Shown here in pieces: positions 54,859 to 63,819 of a DNA stretch of 64,000 nt (its first letter is position 1; each line of letters starts with the position of its first letter). Under the pieces are notes generated by a model, which had not been told where the DNA came from, searched no databases, and saw nothing but the letters and a program-made list of their open reading frames with translations. This stretch comes from an uncultured Candidatus Saccharibacteria bacterium (GTDB taxonomy: Bacteria > Patescibacteriota > WWE3 > UBA101185 > UBA10185): the NCBI GenBank assembly GCA_964396025.1, contig CAYNBT010000002.1, positions 37,030 through 101,029 on the forward strand, read 5' to 3'. The translations under genes were made by a program, and so were the position numbers.

Positions 54859-55938
54859 ATGAAAATTCTTGTCACTGGAGCAGCAGGTTTTATTGCCAGT
54901 TATGTTAGCCGTAAATTGCTGTGGCGTGGGGATGAGGTTGTAGGCATAGATAACTTTAGTGATTACTATGGACGGGATTGTAAAGAATTCAATGTAGATC
55001 TAACCAGACTAGCGGCAGGGTTATCCCCTGAAACATATAGCAATGAGCTCATTTCTCCAGTTTATACTGCGTTAGTAAAGTATTATCCCGAGGCTACCCG
55101 CGTAGCTCAATCAAACTTTGTTTTTGAGGAAGTGGACATAACAAACTATCCTTTACTGGAACAATTGTTTGCTTTGCACCAGTTTGACGCCGTTATCCAC
55201 TTGGGTGCTATGGCCGGAGTTCCGTATTCAACAAAAAATCCACTTCTTTATACAAATGTGAATGTGCAAGGAACCACTAACCTTTTAGATCTGTGTGTAA
55301 AGCATGGCGTTAAAAAGTTTATCTTTGGCTCCTCGTCCTCGGTGTATGGAAATCGCGACGACAAGAAAGTTGAAGAATCTGACGATGTCTCGCGTGCTGT
55401 TTCTGTGTATGGGGCTTCCAAAGTAGCTGGGGAAGTGATTAGCCACGCTTTTACTTCGGTGTTTGATCTTGCGGTTACGGTCATTAGAATCTTTGGTCCG
55501 ATCTATGGTCCACTGCAACGTCCTTATGGCATGATTCACCAGCGCGCAATTAATTATGTACATAACAACAAAGAGCTAACCATTTATGGAAAAAAAGGTC
55601 TTGAGACAGCAAAGGACAGTACATATATCGACGATGAGGTGAATGGTATTTTGTTAGCACTTGATGCGGATTTTAAATTTGAAGTATTCAATATTGGAAC
55701 CTCTAACCCTCTGCCTATAAGTGTTTGGCTTGATGCAATACAAAAGGCATATGGAAAACCCGTTCCTTACAAAATTGTTGATGCGGACAAAGCAGACGTG
55801 GTTTCAAGCGCAAATATAAGCAAAGCTCAGCGTATGCTAAATTACAATCCACAAATGGACATGTATGAAGGCGTAAGGCGCCAAGTAGAAATTTTCAAGC
55901 TAATGCCCCTGTGGTATCAGCAGATGACTAATGTCTAA
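54859..55938 (+). CDS. NAD-dependent nucleotide-sugar epimerase/dehydratase (SDR family).
   Basis: It has MKILVTGAAGFIASYV (GxxGxxG), a YxxxK region (YGASKVAGE) and an insertion near the N-terminus. Confidence 0.75.
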   Translation: MKILVTGAAGFIASYVSRKLLWRGDEVVGIDNFSDYYGRDCKEFNVDLTRLAAGLSPETYSNELISPVYTALVKYYPEATRVAQSNFVFEEVDITNYPLLEQLFALHQFDAVIHLGAMAGVPYSTKNPLLYTNVNVQGTTNLLDLCVKHGVKKFIFGSSSSVYGNRDDKKVEESDDVSRAVSVYGASKVAGEVISHAFTSVFDLAVTVIRIFGPIYGPLQRPYGMIHQRAINYVHNNKELTIYGKKGLETAKDSTYIDDEVNGILLALDADFKFEVFNIGTSNPLPISVWLDAIQKAYGKPVPYKIVDADKADVVSSANISKAQRMLNYNPQMDMYEGVRRQVEIFKLMPLWYQQMTNV

Positions 55939-55944
55939 AAACAT

Positions 55945-56913
55945 ATGGAACACAAGAAACTAATTTCAATCGTAATTCCTTGCTATAACGAGGAGAAAAA
56001 TATCAACAGAACATTAGATGATTTGCTGGTATTGGCTAAAAACTCCAGATCTTATGATTTTGAAATAATTGCTGTAAACGATGGTAGTAAAGATGGGACA
56101 TGGGGCGTGATAAAAAGTTATGCGGCGAGAGAAAATATGGTGCGGGGTATAAATCTTATGACAAACTTTGGGCAAAGCGCTGCGTATCAAGCGGGATTTG
56201 ATTTGTCTAAAGGCGATTTTGTGATTACGGTTTCGGCAGATTTAGAAATACCTCTAGAAAATATTCATAAGGTTATAGATAAACTGGAAGAAGGTTACGA
56301 TTTTGTAAACACCAACAGAAGCGGCCGTTGGAATGAGGAAAAAGCTGCAAGACAGGTCAAAAGCGGATTAGCAAATAAACTGATTGCAAAGATTTCGGGA
56401 GTGCAAATGCTTGATCGTGGTTCTGGGATGAAAGGTTTTACCAGAGTTATCGTGGAAAACCTCAATTTCTATGGCGAAATGCACAGGTTTATTCCCGATT
56501 ATGCTTCTGTGTTTGGCGCAAAAATGACGGAATTTGATGTGGAATTTAAAGATCGCGATTTTGGGGTTTCGGCTTACTCCGGACACAAACGCACGATCAA
56601 AGTACTACTTGATCTAATGACTTTGGCGTTTATGATCTACTTTGCCAAGAAACCTTTTTACATGATGCCCGGTAGATTGTTTGGTTTTACGGGTGCTGTA
56701 ATTTCAGGAGTAGGGGGTTTGGCAGGATTTTATCTTTTTGTGCTAAAGGTTTTGGGATACAGCATCGGCAACAGGCCCTTACTGATTGCCTCGGCACTCA
56801 TGATTATTGTGGGTATCCAATCAATCATGTTTGGTATGCTTGGCGAACTTATGATGCGGACCTATTTTGAGAGTTCAGGTCGTAAACCATACAGCACTAG
56901 AGAACAGGTATAG
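55945..56913 (+). CDS. GT2 family polyprenyl-phosphate glycosyltransferase (GtrB/ArnC-like).
   Basis: ISIVIPCYNEEKNI...AVNDGSKDGT is the GT-A fold signature. Two C-terminal TM helices are present. Confidence 0.75.
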   Translation: MEHKKLISIVIPCYNEEKNINRTLDDLLVLAKNSRSYDFEIIAVNDGSKDGTWGVIKSYAARENMVRGINLMTNFGQSAAYQAGFDLSKGDFVITVSADLEIPLENIHKVIDKLEEGYDFVNTNRSGRWNEEKAARQVKSGLANKLIAKISGVQMLDRGSGMKGFTRVIVENLNFYGEMHRFIPDYASVFGAKMTEFDVEFKDRDFGVSAYSGHKRTIKVLLDLMTLAFMIYFAKKPFYMMPGRLFGFTGAVISGVGGLAGFYLFVLKVLGYSIGNRPLLIASALMIIVGIQSIMFGMLGELMMRTYFESSGRKPYSTREQV

Positions 56914-56986
56914 TCGCATTTGCAAATTTAGCACCTATAGTATACGATCACATTAGAATTCACTTTAACCCTTAAGGAGGGTGTCT

Positions 56987-57430
56987 ATGTGTTATCAAGC
57001 TGAGTTTGTGATTACGGTACGTCCGATTAATGATCCCTTTAGATTTGCTTTTAGACAAAGTATACCATCCGATGTTTTTGATTTAATGACCTGTCCTGCG
57101 CATCTTTACCCTCATCTTTTTGTTCATGGTTTAGCTGTGCATGAAGATAGTGTTGATATTATTTTTCACTGCGCTTGTGGGGCCATACAAACGCTAGCGA
57201 TAGTAAATGTTGGTCATATTTACAGGCAGAACCAGCTCTCACTACACGCTAACGCACTTGCCGCTGGTTATACGTCCAAGGATGAGTATCCTCAATATAT
57301 ACTCGCAGAAATCCTTTTTGATATGATGCATTATATCAGGGCACAAGCGCGAATGGGTTATGCTATCAATGAGTATGCAAATGAGATAGGTAGACAAATC
57401 TATGAAGGGGCTGTTGAGCGTAAAAACTAA
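56987..57430 (+). CDS. Hypothetical protein.
   Basis: It is an ORF with a strong RBS (AAGGAGG at 56973-56979). I do not recognise a family. Confidence 0.4.
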   Translation: MCYQAEFVITVRPINDPFRFAFRQSIPSDVFDLMTCPAHLYPHLFVHGLAVHEDSVDIIFHCACGAIQTLAIVNVGHIYRQNQLSLHANALAAGYTSKDEYPQYILAEILFDMMHYIRAQARMGYAINEYANEIGRQIYEGAVERKN

Positions 57431-57473
57431 GAGTCAAAATATTTAGGGAAATTCCACAAAGAGTTTCCCTTTT

Positions 57474-58655
57474 TTATGGGCGCCAAATATGAAATCCGTC
57501 GCGCCAAGGTAATAAGTAACTGTAATAAAACAACCAAAACCCCCCCGCCACCAACAGAAAGGTAAGAAATGCCTTGATCTTTGACGATTGCAATGTGCTG
57601 GCATAAGAATATGTACCAAGCAAAAACACAGGTAAGAACCACATAAGGTATGTTCTATTCAACACCGGCGTAAACAAGTAAAAGCACAAAAACGTTATAG
57701 TAATCAATATGTATTCATCCTGTAATAATTCAAACACTTTGCCAGTACGCAAAAGAGACGCAAGCAGTATTAATAACACACTAAGTATGGGTCCGCTAAA
57801 CATTGCCAAGTAGGTATAAACCTTGAATGGGATTATCTGAAAAAGTTCAACATCATAAAAGTAACTAATATAAAACAAAAACGGTCTGCCCTGAATAAAT
57901 CTCTCTCCGTGAATCAAAACTGAGCCTTCCAAAAATGTTCTAATATCATAAAAAAACGGTGCACAAATCGCTAAGCCTGTGATAATTGCTGCCGCCAAAA
58001 AATGCTTGGGGTTTTTGCTTTTTAACAAGAGCACGGGTAGTGCAATAATAGGGAAGGTTTTTACAGACACTGCTATTGCAAAAAAAGTTCCGGAAACAAC
58101 ACTGTCCTTTTTTAATGTAACTAATGCTGCCAGCATAAAAAATATCGGAAGTGGGTCCATATACACATAATTTTGTTTGAAGTAAAAATATGGATTCCAA
58201 AACCAAATCCACAACGCAGCAAGTAGCACAGCATAATTCTTCTGATACAAAAGCTTGTACAGCAGAATGCCAACACCTATATCGGCAAGCAAAACTGGTA
58301 TTTTTTGTAAGAACACTGTAGGCACTTTTGTTAGCAGCGACAATATAATGGCAACGCTGTTTATGTACATCAGCATTGGAAGATATGCAAACCCGTGACT
58401 TCCGGGATCATTAGGATTGTTGAATGATTGCACTGTACGCTCATAAGGGTTTCGGCCCTCCAGTAGGTCGGTGGAGGCGTCTGTGTATGCTTCTATATCT
58501 TTTCCAATTTGGGAGAACATTGGAATTCTATCTGCAATTGCTATTAGGAAGATTATGCATAAAATACCGTTTTTGAAGAGTTTTAGGTACATGTCTTTTT
58601 TATTCTGCACCATATGAAAATACCACAAAGTAGTTAATTGGTATAATGTTCCCAT
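57474..58655 (-). CDS. GT-C fold membrane glycosyltransferase (DUF2029/GT87-like).
   Basis: It is a polytopic membrane protein with the early motif ADRIPMFSQIGKDIEAYTDASTDLLEGRNPY. It lies next to GT2 and epimerase genes. Confidence 0.5.
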   Translation of the reverse strand: MGTLYQLTTLWYFHMVQNKKDMYLKLFKNGILCIIFLIAIADRIPMFSQIGKDIEAYTDASTDLLEGRNPYERTVQSFNNPNDPGSHGFAYLPMLMYINSVAIILSLLTKVPTVFLQKIPVLLADIGVGILLYKLLYQKNYAVLLAALWIWFWNPYFYFKQNYVYMDPLPIFFMLAALVTLKKDSVVSGTFFAIAVSVKTFPIIALPVLLLKSKNPKHFLAAAIITGLAICAPFFYDIRTFLEGSVLIHGERFIQGRPFLFYISYFYDVELFQIIPFKVYTYLAMFSGPILSVLLILLASLLRTGKVFELLQDEYILITITFLCFYLFTPVLNRTYLMWFLPVFLLGTYSYASTLQSSKIKAFLTFLLVAGGFWLFYYSYLLPWRDGFHIWRP

Positions 58656-59931
58656 GCTGTCATCAAATATTAAGAATGCAGTTTTAGAAGGTAAGTTTAG
58701 AGTTACTCTGGATACAAGACTTCTGCAACATGGTGACTATTTTGCAGCCATAAAAGGCGAAAAGTTTGATGGTCATGATTTTATAGCTAAGGCTTTGGAG
58801 CTTGGTGCTGCTGGTGTTTTGGAAGAAGAAGAAATCTATCAGCTTTGTTCACTCAAGTTAAACAAGATTAAGCCAAAGATTGTAGCCGTTACAGGTTCAT
58901 CGGGCAAATCATCCACGGTTGCATTTGTGAGTTCTATTCTCTCAAAAAAATTTAAAGTAGCTGTGGGGAATCTTAATACAAAATTGGGATTAAGTACTAA
59001 TGTTCTTAACGACATGCCTCTAGCTTGTGACGTCTTCGTTGCAGAAATGGGTATGGATCAATACGGAGAAATTGCAAGAACTGCACGTATGTTTCCACCT
59101 GACATTGCTGTAATCACAACGATAAATGAAATGCATCTTGGAAACTTAGGATCTATGGAAAACATTGTTAAAACCAAGTTTGGTATAGTGGACGAACTCA
59201 AAGTAGGTGGCGCAGTGCTTCTAAATCATGCTAATGCACATTGTCTTGAGGAAGCAAAGAAATACCCAGACACGCGTATTTTATGGTTTGGTCCGGACAC
59301 TGCTGCTGATTTTAATTTTTCGAATATCTCGTTAGACCACACTAATATTTTGGGTGAGCACAACAAAATGAACTTGCTGGCGGCTATAGGTGTGGCAAAG
59401 ACCTTAGGAATGTCCAAAGACGAGATCATAGACGCGCTACCTGGCGTGACTTTGCCCAAGGGAAGATTAAACAAACTAGAAGGACATGCAGGAAGCACTA
59501 TCATTGATGACACCTATAACGCAGGTCCCGAATCCATGCATCAGGCACTTAAGGTTTTACACTCTTTTCCGGGACAAAGAAAAATAGCTATTTTGGGGGA
59601 TATGCTGGAGTTAGGAGAGCGAGAAGAATCTGCTCACAAGGCTGTGGCCAAGCAGCTAAGCGATGCAGGTGTTGACGTTCTTATCTGTTCTGGAATGTTA
59701 GCCAAGATCATTTTTGAAAATGCAGATGTTCACAATAAATATTGGATTGAAAACTCAACGAAATTTGACGAGTTCCAAAAATCCGTTGACTTAAATCTTG
59801 GAAAAAATGATGTGGTATTGGTAAAAGGCTCCCAAGGAGCCCGTATGGAAAAGATAGTGAGATTGCTTCTCAAGGATCCGAATGATGCCTGCAGGCTTTT
59901 GGTGCGTCAAGATAAACGATGGTTAAATTAA
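58654..59931 (+). CDS. murF: UDP-N-acetylmuramoyl-tripeptide--D-alanyl-D-alanine ligase.
   Basis: IVAVTGSSGKSST...NLNTKLGL matches the Mur ligase and MurF motifs. The C-terminal domain is present. Confidence 0.7.
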   Translation: MLSSNIKNAVLEGKFRVTLDTRLLQHGDYFAAIKGEKFDGHDFIAKALELGAAGVLEEEEIYQLCSLKLNKIKPKIVAVTGSSGKSSTVAFVSSILSKKFKVAVGNLNTKLGLSTNVLNDMPLACDVFVAEMGMDQYGEIARTARMFPPDIAVITTINEMHLGNLGSMENIVKTKFGIVDELKVGGAVLLNHANAHCLEEAKKYPDTRILWFGPDTAADFNFSNISLDHTNILGEHNKMNLLAAIGVAKTLGMSKDEIIDALPGVTLPKGRLNKLEGHAGSTIIDDTYNAGPESMHQALKVLHSFPGQRKIAILGDMLELGEREESAHKAVAKQLSDAGVDVLICSGMLAKIIFENADVHNKYWIENSTKFDEFQKSVDLNLGKNDVVLVKGSQGARMEKIVRLLLKDPNDACRLLVRQDKRWLN

Positions 59932-60788
59932 TCTAGTCTTGTTGTGTATACAAAGTGTGCGCGTCCGTTATCTTTTTCCGTTACGGCCTTCACAAAGACA
60001 TCTAAAGATAACTCGATCTGGTTTGCTTCGTAAGCAGGATCCAAGACCTTAACAATTCCTTTGCCCGCTCCTGTTACACATACTAGATGCGTGCTTATCT
60101 GCCAACCATGAGAATATTTAGTCCTTATAACATCTTCTAAATGTGGTAGTTTGTGCATGTTTACGGAGGCAATTATCATGCTGTTGCTACTAAGTGTGTG
60201 GAGGGCCTCGATCAGAGAACTCATAAATGCATCAGGTGTGTTAAAAAACATTGTATTCGCTTGTGTAGGTTGATCCGTTGCTTTGAGCTCGTGCAGGGTA
60301 GACATTAAACCCTTTGATTCCAGAAAGGCTCTGATTCCACGAGCATCAGACCCCCTGTCCAGCAAAAAAGTAGGCAGATACTCGGTGTTGTTTGGTTCCT
60401 TGAATGTTAGCGTGTAACGATCGTTCTGTTCTTTATCGCCGCCAAAACTTTCTACTATTTCCTTTGCCTTTGCTGCATCCTCCAACGGTTGGTTGCCTGA
60501 GAACATTACAGGCACTTCAAATAAATCACCCTTATGTTCCATTTGAGCTTGGATGAACGGTTTGGAGAATTTATTGAATTTTACAAACTCTTTTGTAACA
60601 GCCTCTGCGGAGATGTTGCTATGAGGGTCCAATTGCCACAAGGTTTGGGCAATGCAACACGGGCCGCAAGCGCTTTTGCTTAATGCTATAGGTAAGCTCA
60701 GTTTGAATTGATATGCAGATTTGGTGTTCATAAAGCGTTTGGCAGGATCTAATTTTATTCTATTTGGTTCCCAAACGCAAAGTTGCAA
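59928..60788 (-). CDS. C39-like (YvpB/Peptidase_C39_2-type) papain-fold cysteine peptidase homolog.
   Basis: A candidate catalytic Cys lies in CGPCCIAQTLWQL. A C-terminal His lies in HLVCVTGAGKGIVKVLDPA. This is the pattern of C39-like domains. Confidence 0.45.
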   Translation of the reverse strand: MQLCVWEPNRIKLDPAKRFMNTKSAYQFKLSLPIALSKSACGPCCIAQTLWQLDPHSNISAEAVTKEFVKFNKFSKPFIQAQMEHKGDLFEVPVMFSGNQPLEDAAKAKEIVESFGGDKEQNDRYTLTFKEPNNTEYLPTFLLDRGSDARGIRAFLESKGLMSTLHELKATDQPTQANTMFFNTPDAFMSSLIEALHTLSSNSMIIASVNMHKLPHLEDVIRTKYSHGWQISTHLVCVTGAGKGIVKVLDPAYEANQIELSLDVFVKAVTEKDNGRAHFVYTTRLD

Positions 60789-60834
60789 ATGGTAGGCGTT
60801 TTGTTATGATAAGAAAAATCTCAAGGAGGTTGAC

Positions 60835-61485
60835 ATGATTGACTCACCCAATTTTTACTCTCAGTTGTGGGCGTTTGAGGATCCTTTGTTGCGGCGCTTA
60901 ACTTGTGGTGTCACGTCTGCCGCTATGGTTATCTCTAGGTTAGGTAATCTCGGGGAATATGTGCTAGACAAGAATCTGGAAAGGTTTTTGGATTTGATTG
61001 TTAAGGGCCGTAAGACAACAAGGGAGATCCTGTGTCGTCCATTTACCTTGGCAGGGAATCAGGCGTTGATCCCAATTGCTTATGGTGATTTGCGCGATAA
61101 TGAGATTACCTCTGATGTTGTTGTGTTACCCCCGAACGCAGATCAGTATCTGCCTACTTACAGTCTGCGCTATGGGTACGATCATCGTTGTTCTGCATGG
61201 TTGTTCCAGCAATTTGGATTTCACGCAGGGCTGGTTACTGCAACATTTGATGAGGTTTATAGTATGTTTCGTACAGGCAAGTTGGCATATTTCTTGCCCT
61301 CTACTGTGTATGTGAACCCTGTTTCAGGTGGTATTGGATCTCATATAGTAGTGGTTGAGGAAGTTACACAGCGCGTGGTGTATACAGATCCGGTAAAAGT
61401 ATCTTATGCAGACGCTCGAACAACAATGCCGGCAGCTGGTTTTGCGGAAATTTACCGAGGCTATGGTACAGCTATCTATGCATAA
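60835..61485 (+). CDS. C39-like (YvpB/Peptidase_C39_2-type) cysteine peptidase homolog, paralogous to the divergent neighbour.
   Basis: LTCGVTSAAMVISRLG resembles CGPTSLAMVL. The C-terminal region is GGIGSHIVVVEEV...VYTDP. Confidence 0.5.
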   Translation: MIDSPNFYSQLWAFEDPLLRRLTCGVTSAAMVISRLGNLGEYVLDKNLERFLDLIVKGRKTTREILCRPFTLAGNQALIPIAYGDLRDNEITSDVVVLPPNADQYLPTYSLRYGYDHRCSAWLFQQFGFHAGLVTATFDEVYSMFRTGKLAYFLPSTVYVNPVSGGIGSHIVVVEEVTQRVVYTDPVKVSYADARTTMPAAGFAEIYRGYGTAIYA

Positions 61486-61502
61486 TACCAACCACCTCAC
61501 CT

Positions 61503-61535
61503 AACCCCAGTATCAAAGAGTCTGGGGTTATTTAC
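61503..61535. terminator. Hairpin (AACCCCAG-N11-CTGGGGTT) between convergent genes.
   Basis: It is a perfect 8-bp GC-rich inverted repeat. The flanking T-tract is weak. Confidence 0.4.
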
Positions 61536-61549
61536 CCTTAACATCGGTG

Positions 61550-62269
61550 TTAGTACTTTGCAAATTTTAACTCAAAACTATCCTCGTTTATTTCCAAGTA
61601 ATGCGCCAACCCAAAATTTACAAAACCCTCGTTAATAAACCTGTTTTCCAAATCCACTTCTGGATGATGGGTGTGTCCTGTTACCAAAATCTCTCCTTGT
61701 TTTAAGTGCTCAATTGCATATTTTTTTAGTTTTTTGTTTAGAATAGTTAGGAATGGTGAAGTGCTTGTTGTACCTATCAAACGCGCTTCAATAAAATATC
61801 TTAGTTTTTCAAAATGCACTGCTTTTTTGATATTCAATGCAAGTATATTGGGTCCTGCATTACCATAGAGAATCCTGTGCCCGTGCACAATGTAAAAAGT
61901 GTTAGATTCAGTTTGAATTTTGTATTGGTCAGTCTGTATTTTGCTAAACTGATTAACTCTGCTATCTGACCACCTAGCTTCATCATGATTTCCATAAATG
62001 TAAATTGCGTTTTTACTTAACATTAACGGGAACAACTTGTTCCATTCTGAATTGAAAAAGTCGTCAAAACTGTTGTGATAGTAACTCCACAAGTCTCCAT
62101 TGATTATCAACTGTTCGCACTGCGAAATGAGTTTTTGGAGGAATTCATATTTGGTCGGAACAAAACTAGGTAACAAGTGTAGATCGGACATAACAAGATA
62201 TTTCACGTTTACTATAATAGCACTGAATTTCAGCCAAGAAAAAACCTTGCTTTGACATCTCTGCGCCAT
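61550..62269 (-). CDS. Calcineurin-like metallophosphoesterase (LpxH/YfcE-like).
   Basis: The motifs are SDLHL, INGDLW, YGNHDE, VHGH and TGHTHHP. Confidence 0.7.
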   Translation of the reverse strand: MAQRCQSKVFSWLKFSAIIVNVKYLVMSDLHLLPSFVPTKYEFLQKLISQCEQLIINGDLWSYYHNSFDDFFNSEWNKLFPLMLSKNAIYIYGNHDEARWSDSRVNQFSKIQTDQYKIQTESNTFYIVHGHRILYGNAGPNILALNIKKAVHFEKLRYFIEARLIGTTSTSPFLTILNKKLKKYAIEHLKQGEILVTGHTHHPEVDLENRFINEGFVNFGLAHYLEINEDSFELKFAKY

Positions 62270-62304
62270 CCCCCTATAATCCAGAAAATCTTACGGAGGT
62301 TGCT

Positions 62305-62655
62305 ATGGCTATGCAGAATGATCGTTCCACGGGTTTTGAGCTGTACACTGGTAAAACATTGATGTATTACGTTGTGTATGTTGGCACTAGTGCGACGCAT
62401 GGACCGGTTTACTTGATTGGTGCGTCCACATATCCTGAGCTTAACCGTGCAATCCAGAGTTTTTCTCATGAAGAGTGTGTGGACTTAAGTTTGCATTTTA
62501 CTGATGGAATCCCTTTGCCTAAAGAGGTTTATCGTAATCCGGGGCGTTTGTATTTGGGAGAATGGGATCAATTGGCATTGCGAAGTGCGCTAGCTGACAT
62601 TCACAATCACGACCACCCTGTAAATGTTCTGCTGAGATGGCTACAGACGCTTTAG
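62305..62655 (+). CDS. Hypothetical small protein, paralog 1 of a tandem pair.
   Basis: GGAGG precedes the ATG. It shares a C-terminal motif with the next gene: LYLGEWDQLALRSALADIHNHDHPVNVLLRWLQ versus LYLGEWNPEKLQQGLAEDPEHPVNKLLALLE. Confidence 0.5.
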   Translation: MAMQNDRSTGFELYTGKTLMYYVVYVGTSATHGPVYLIGASTYPELNRAIQSFSHEECVDLSLHFTDGIPLPKEVYRNPGRLYLGEWDQLALRSALADIHNHDHPVNVLLRWLQTL

Positions 62656-62702
62656 ACGTGGTGTTTTGTATACATCTTGTAAAGATATGTAAGGAGGTTT
62701 CC

Positions 62703-63026
62703 ATGTTGCTATATGGGCTTGAGATTTGGCATTCGCCAAAATTTGGGTATCTTCACTTAGCTTACGATCCTACTAAAAAAGCAGGTCGTTTTGCGCCCAC
62801 ATATTTGGTCAACGGTGATGCTGAAGTACCGCTAAAGGATCCGGTTGATTTATCCGAACCACTCAAATATAGCCAAGACATTGTTGCAAGCGCTATTCCA
62901 AGTGGTTGGGGTAGTTTGTATCTGGGAGAATGGAATCCTGAGAAGTTACAGCAGGGGCTTGCTGAGGATCCGGAGCACCCTGTAAACAAATTGCTCGCTT
63001 TGTTAGAGACAGAGCCCACGGTCTAG
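62703..63026 (+). CDS. Hypothetical small protein, paralog 2 of the tandem pair.
   Basis: AAGGAGG at 62691-62697 precedes the ATG at 62703. Similarity to paralog 1 runs across the whole length. Confidence 0.5.
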   Translation: MLLYGLEIWHSPKFGYLHLAYDPTKKAGRFAPTYLVNGDAEVPLKDPVDLSEPLKYSQDIVASAIPSGWGSLYLGEWNPEKLQQGLAEDPEHPVNKLLALLETEPTV

Positions 63027-63043
63027 TGACTCTTTGAGGTTAT

Positions 63044-63085
63044 AAAAAGGCGTGTTATGAGAAATTCATCAACACGCCTTTATTC
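63044..63085. terminator. Bidirectional intrinsic terminator (AAAAAGGCGTGTT-N14-AACACGCCTTTATT) between convergent genes.
   Basis: It is an 11-bp perfect inverted repeat flanked by A-runs upstream and T-runs downstream. Confidence 0.65.
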
Positions 63086-63118
63086 AAGTATTTGAACTAC
63101 TTTTTATCTTTTACTCAT

Positions 63119-63511
63119 TTACATTTCAGTAGCGTAAAAAGTCCATACGTTTGTAGCGTCGTTCAGTTCCGGTACCAACTTATATCTAGCTTCGCCAATG
63201 TGTAAAATTGTATGCCTTTTTAGGAACAAAACCTGATAAGTGGACGTTACTTCAATGCGCAATTGAAACTCTTTGAGCAAGCGCGGTGCGTTGCAGGTAA
63301 CATACTGTTGTCCGCCTTTCTGGGTAGCGTGGATACTAGCTAAGTTGTGTGGAGTTTTTAACAAGATAGCTTGTGAAGGTAACACATTTTTTCTTGCATT
63401 TTGAACAACTGCGCTTACGGACAGACCTAGATTGGGATTTAATCTTTCGACCCAAGGTCCAACAACAGCGTCAACGAAATCCTGTACACTCAAATCATTG
63501 TGTATGGTCAT
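63119..63511 (-). CDS. Hypothetical protein of 130 aa.
   Basis: It is an ORF in an apparent operon with the two upstream minus-strand genes. Confidence 0.4.
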   Translation of the reverse strand: MTIHNDLSVQDFVDAVVGPWVERLNPNLGLSVSAVVQNARKNVLPSQAILLKTPHNLASIHATQKGGQQYVTCNAPRLLKEFQLRIEVTSTYQVLFLKRHTILHIGEARYKLVPELNDATNVWTFYATEM

Positions 63512-63532
63512 CTGGGTTTCTCCTTATCTTAT

Positions 63533-63778
63533 TTATACAAATTCTACTAGTGCAATGTTGTCGCACTGCAGTAACCACGGTGTTTCTTCTTGCCCTGCTT
63601 GAGGTGCAAAGGTTATCGCTAGCAGGGGAATGCCCTCAACAAATTTTGCGAATGGAGGATCAATTAAAATACCTACCAATGTATCTCCGCATAAGAGTGG
63701 CTGTTTAAACGTTAGCCTTACTGTGCGTGAAAGATCATGAGCACGCTTTAGCAACAGTTCAATGTCTGATTCGCTCAC
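63533..63778 (-). CDS. Hypothetical protein of about 82 aa, with its start reassigned to the GTG at 63778.
   Basis: AAGGAGG is followed 5 nt later by GTG AGC GAA (VSESDIELL...). The ORF-track start at 63838 is a TTG with no RBS. Confidence 0.35.
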   Translation of the reverse strand: MSESDIELLLKRAHDLSRTVRLTFKQPLLCGDTLVGILIDPPFAKFVEGIPLLAITFAPQAGQEETPWLLQCDNIALVEFV

Positions 63779-63819
63779 TTTTGCCTCCTTTTGTGTTTGC
63801 GGCATTATAGCATTGTGGG

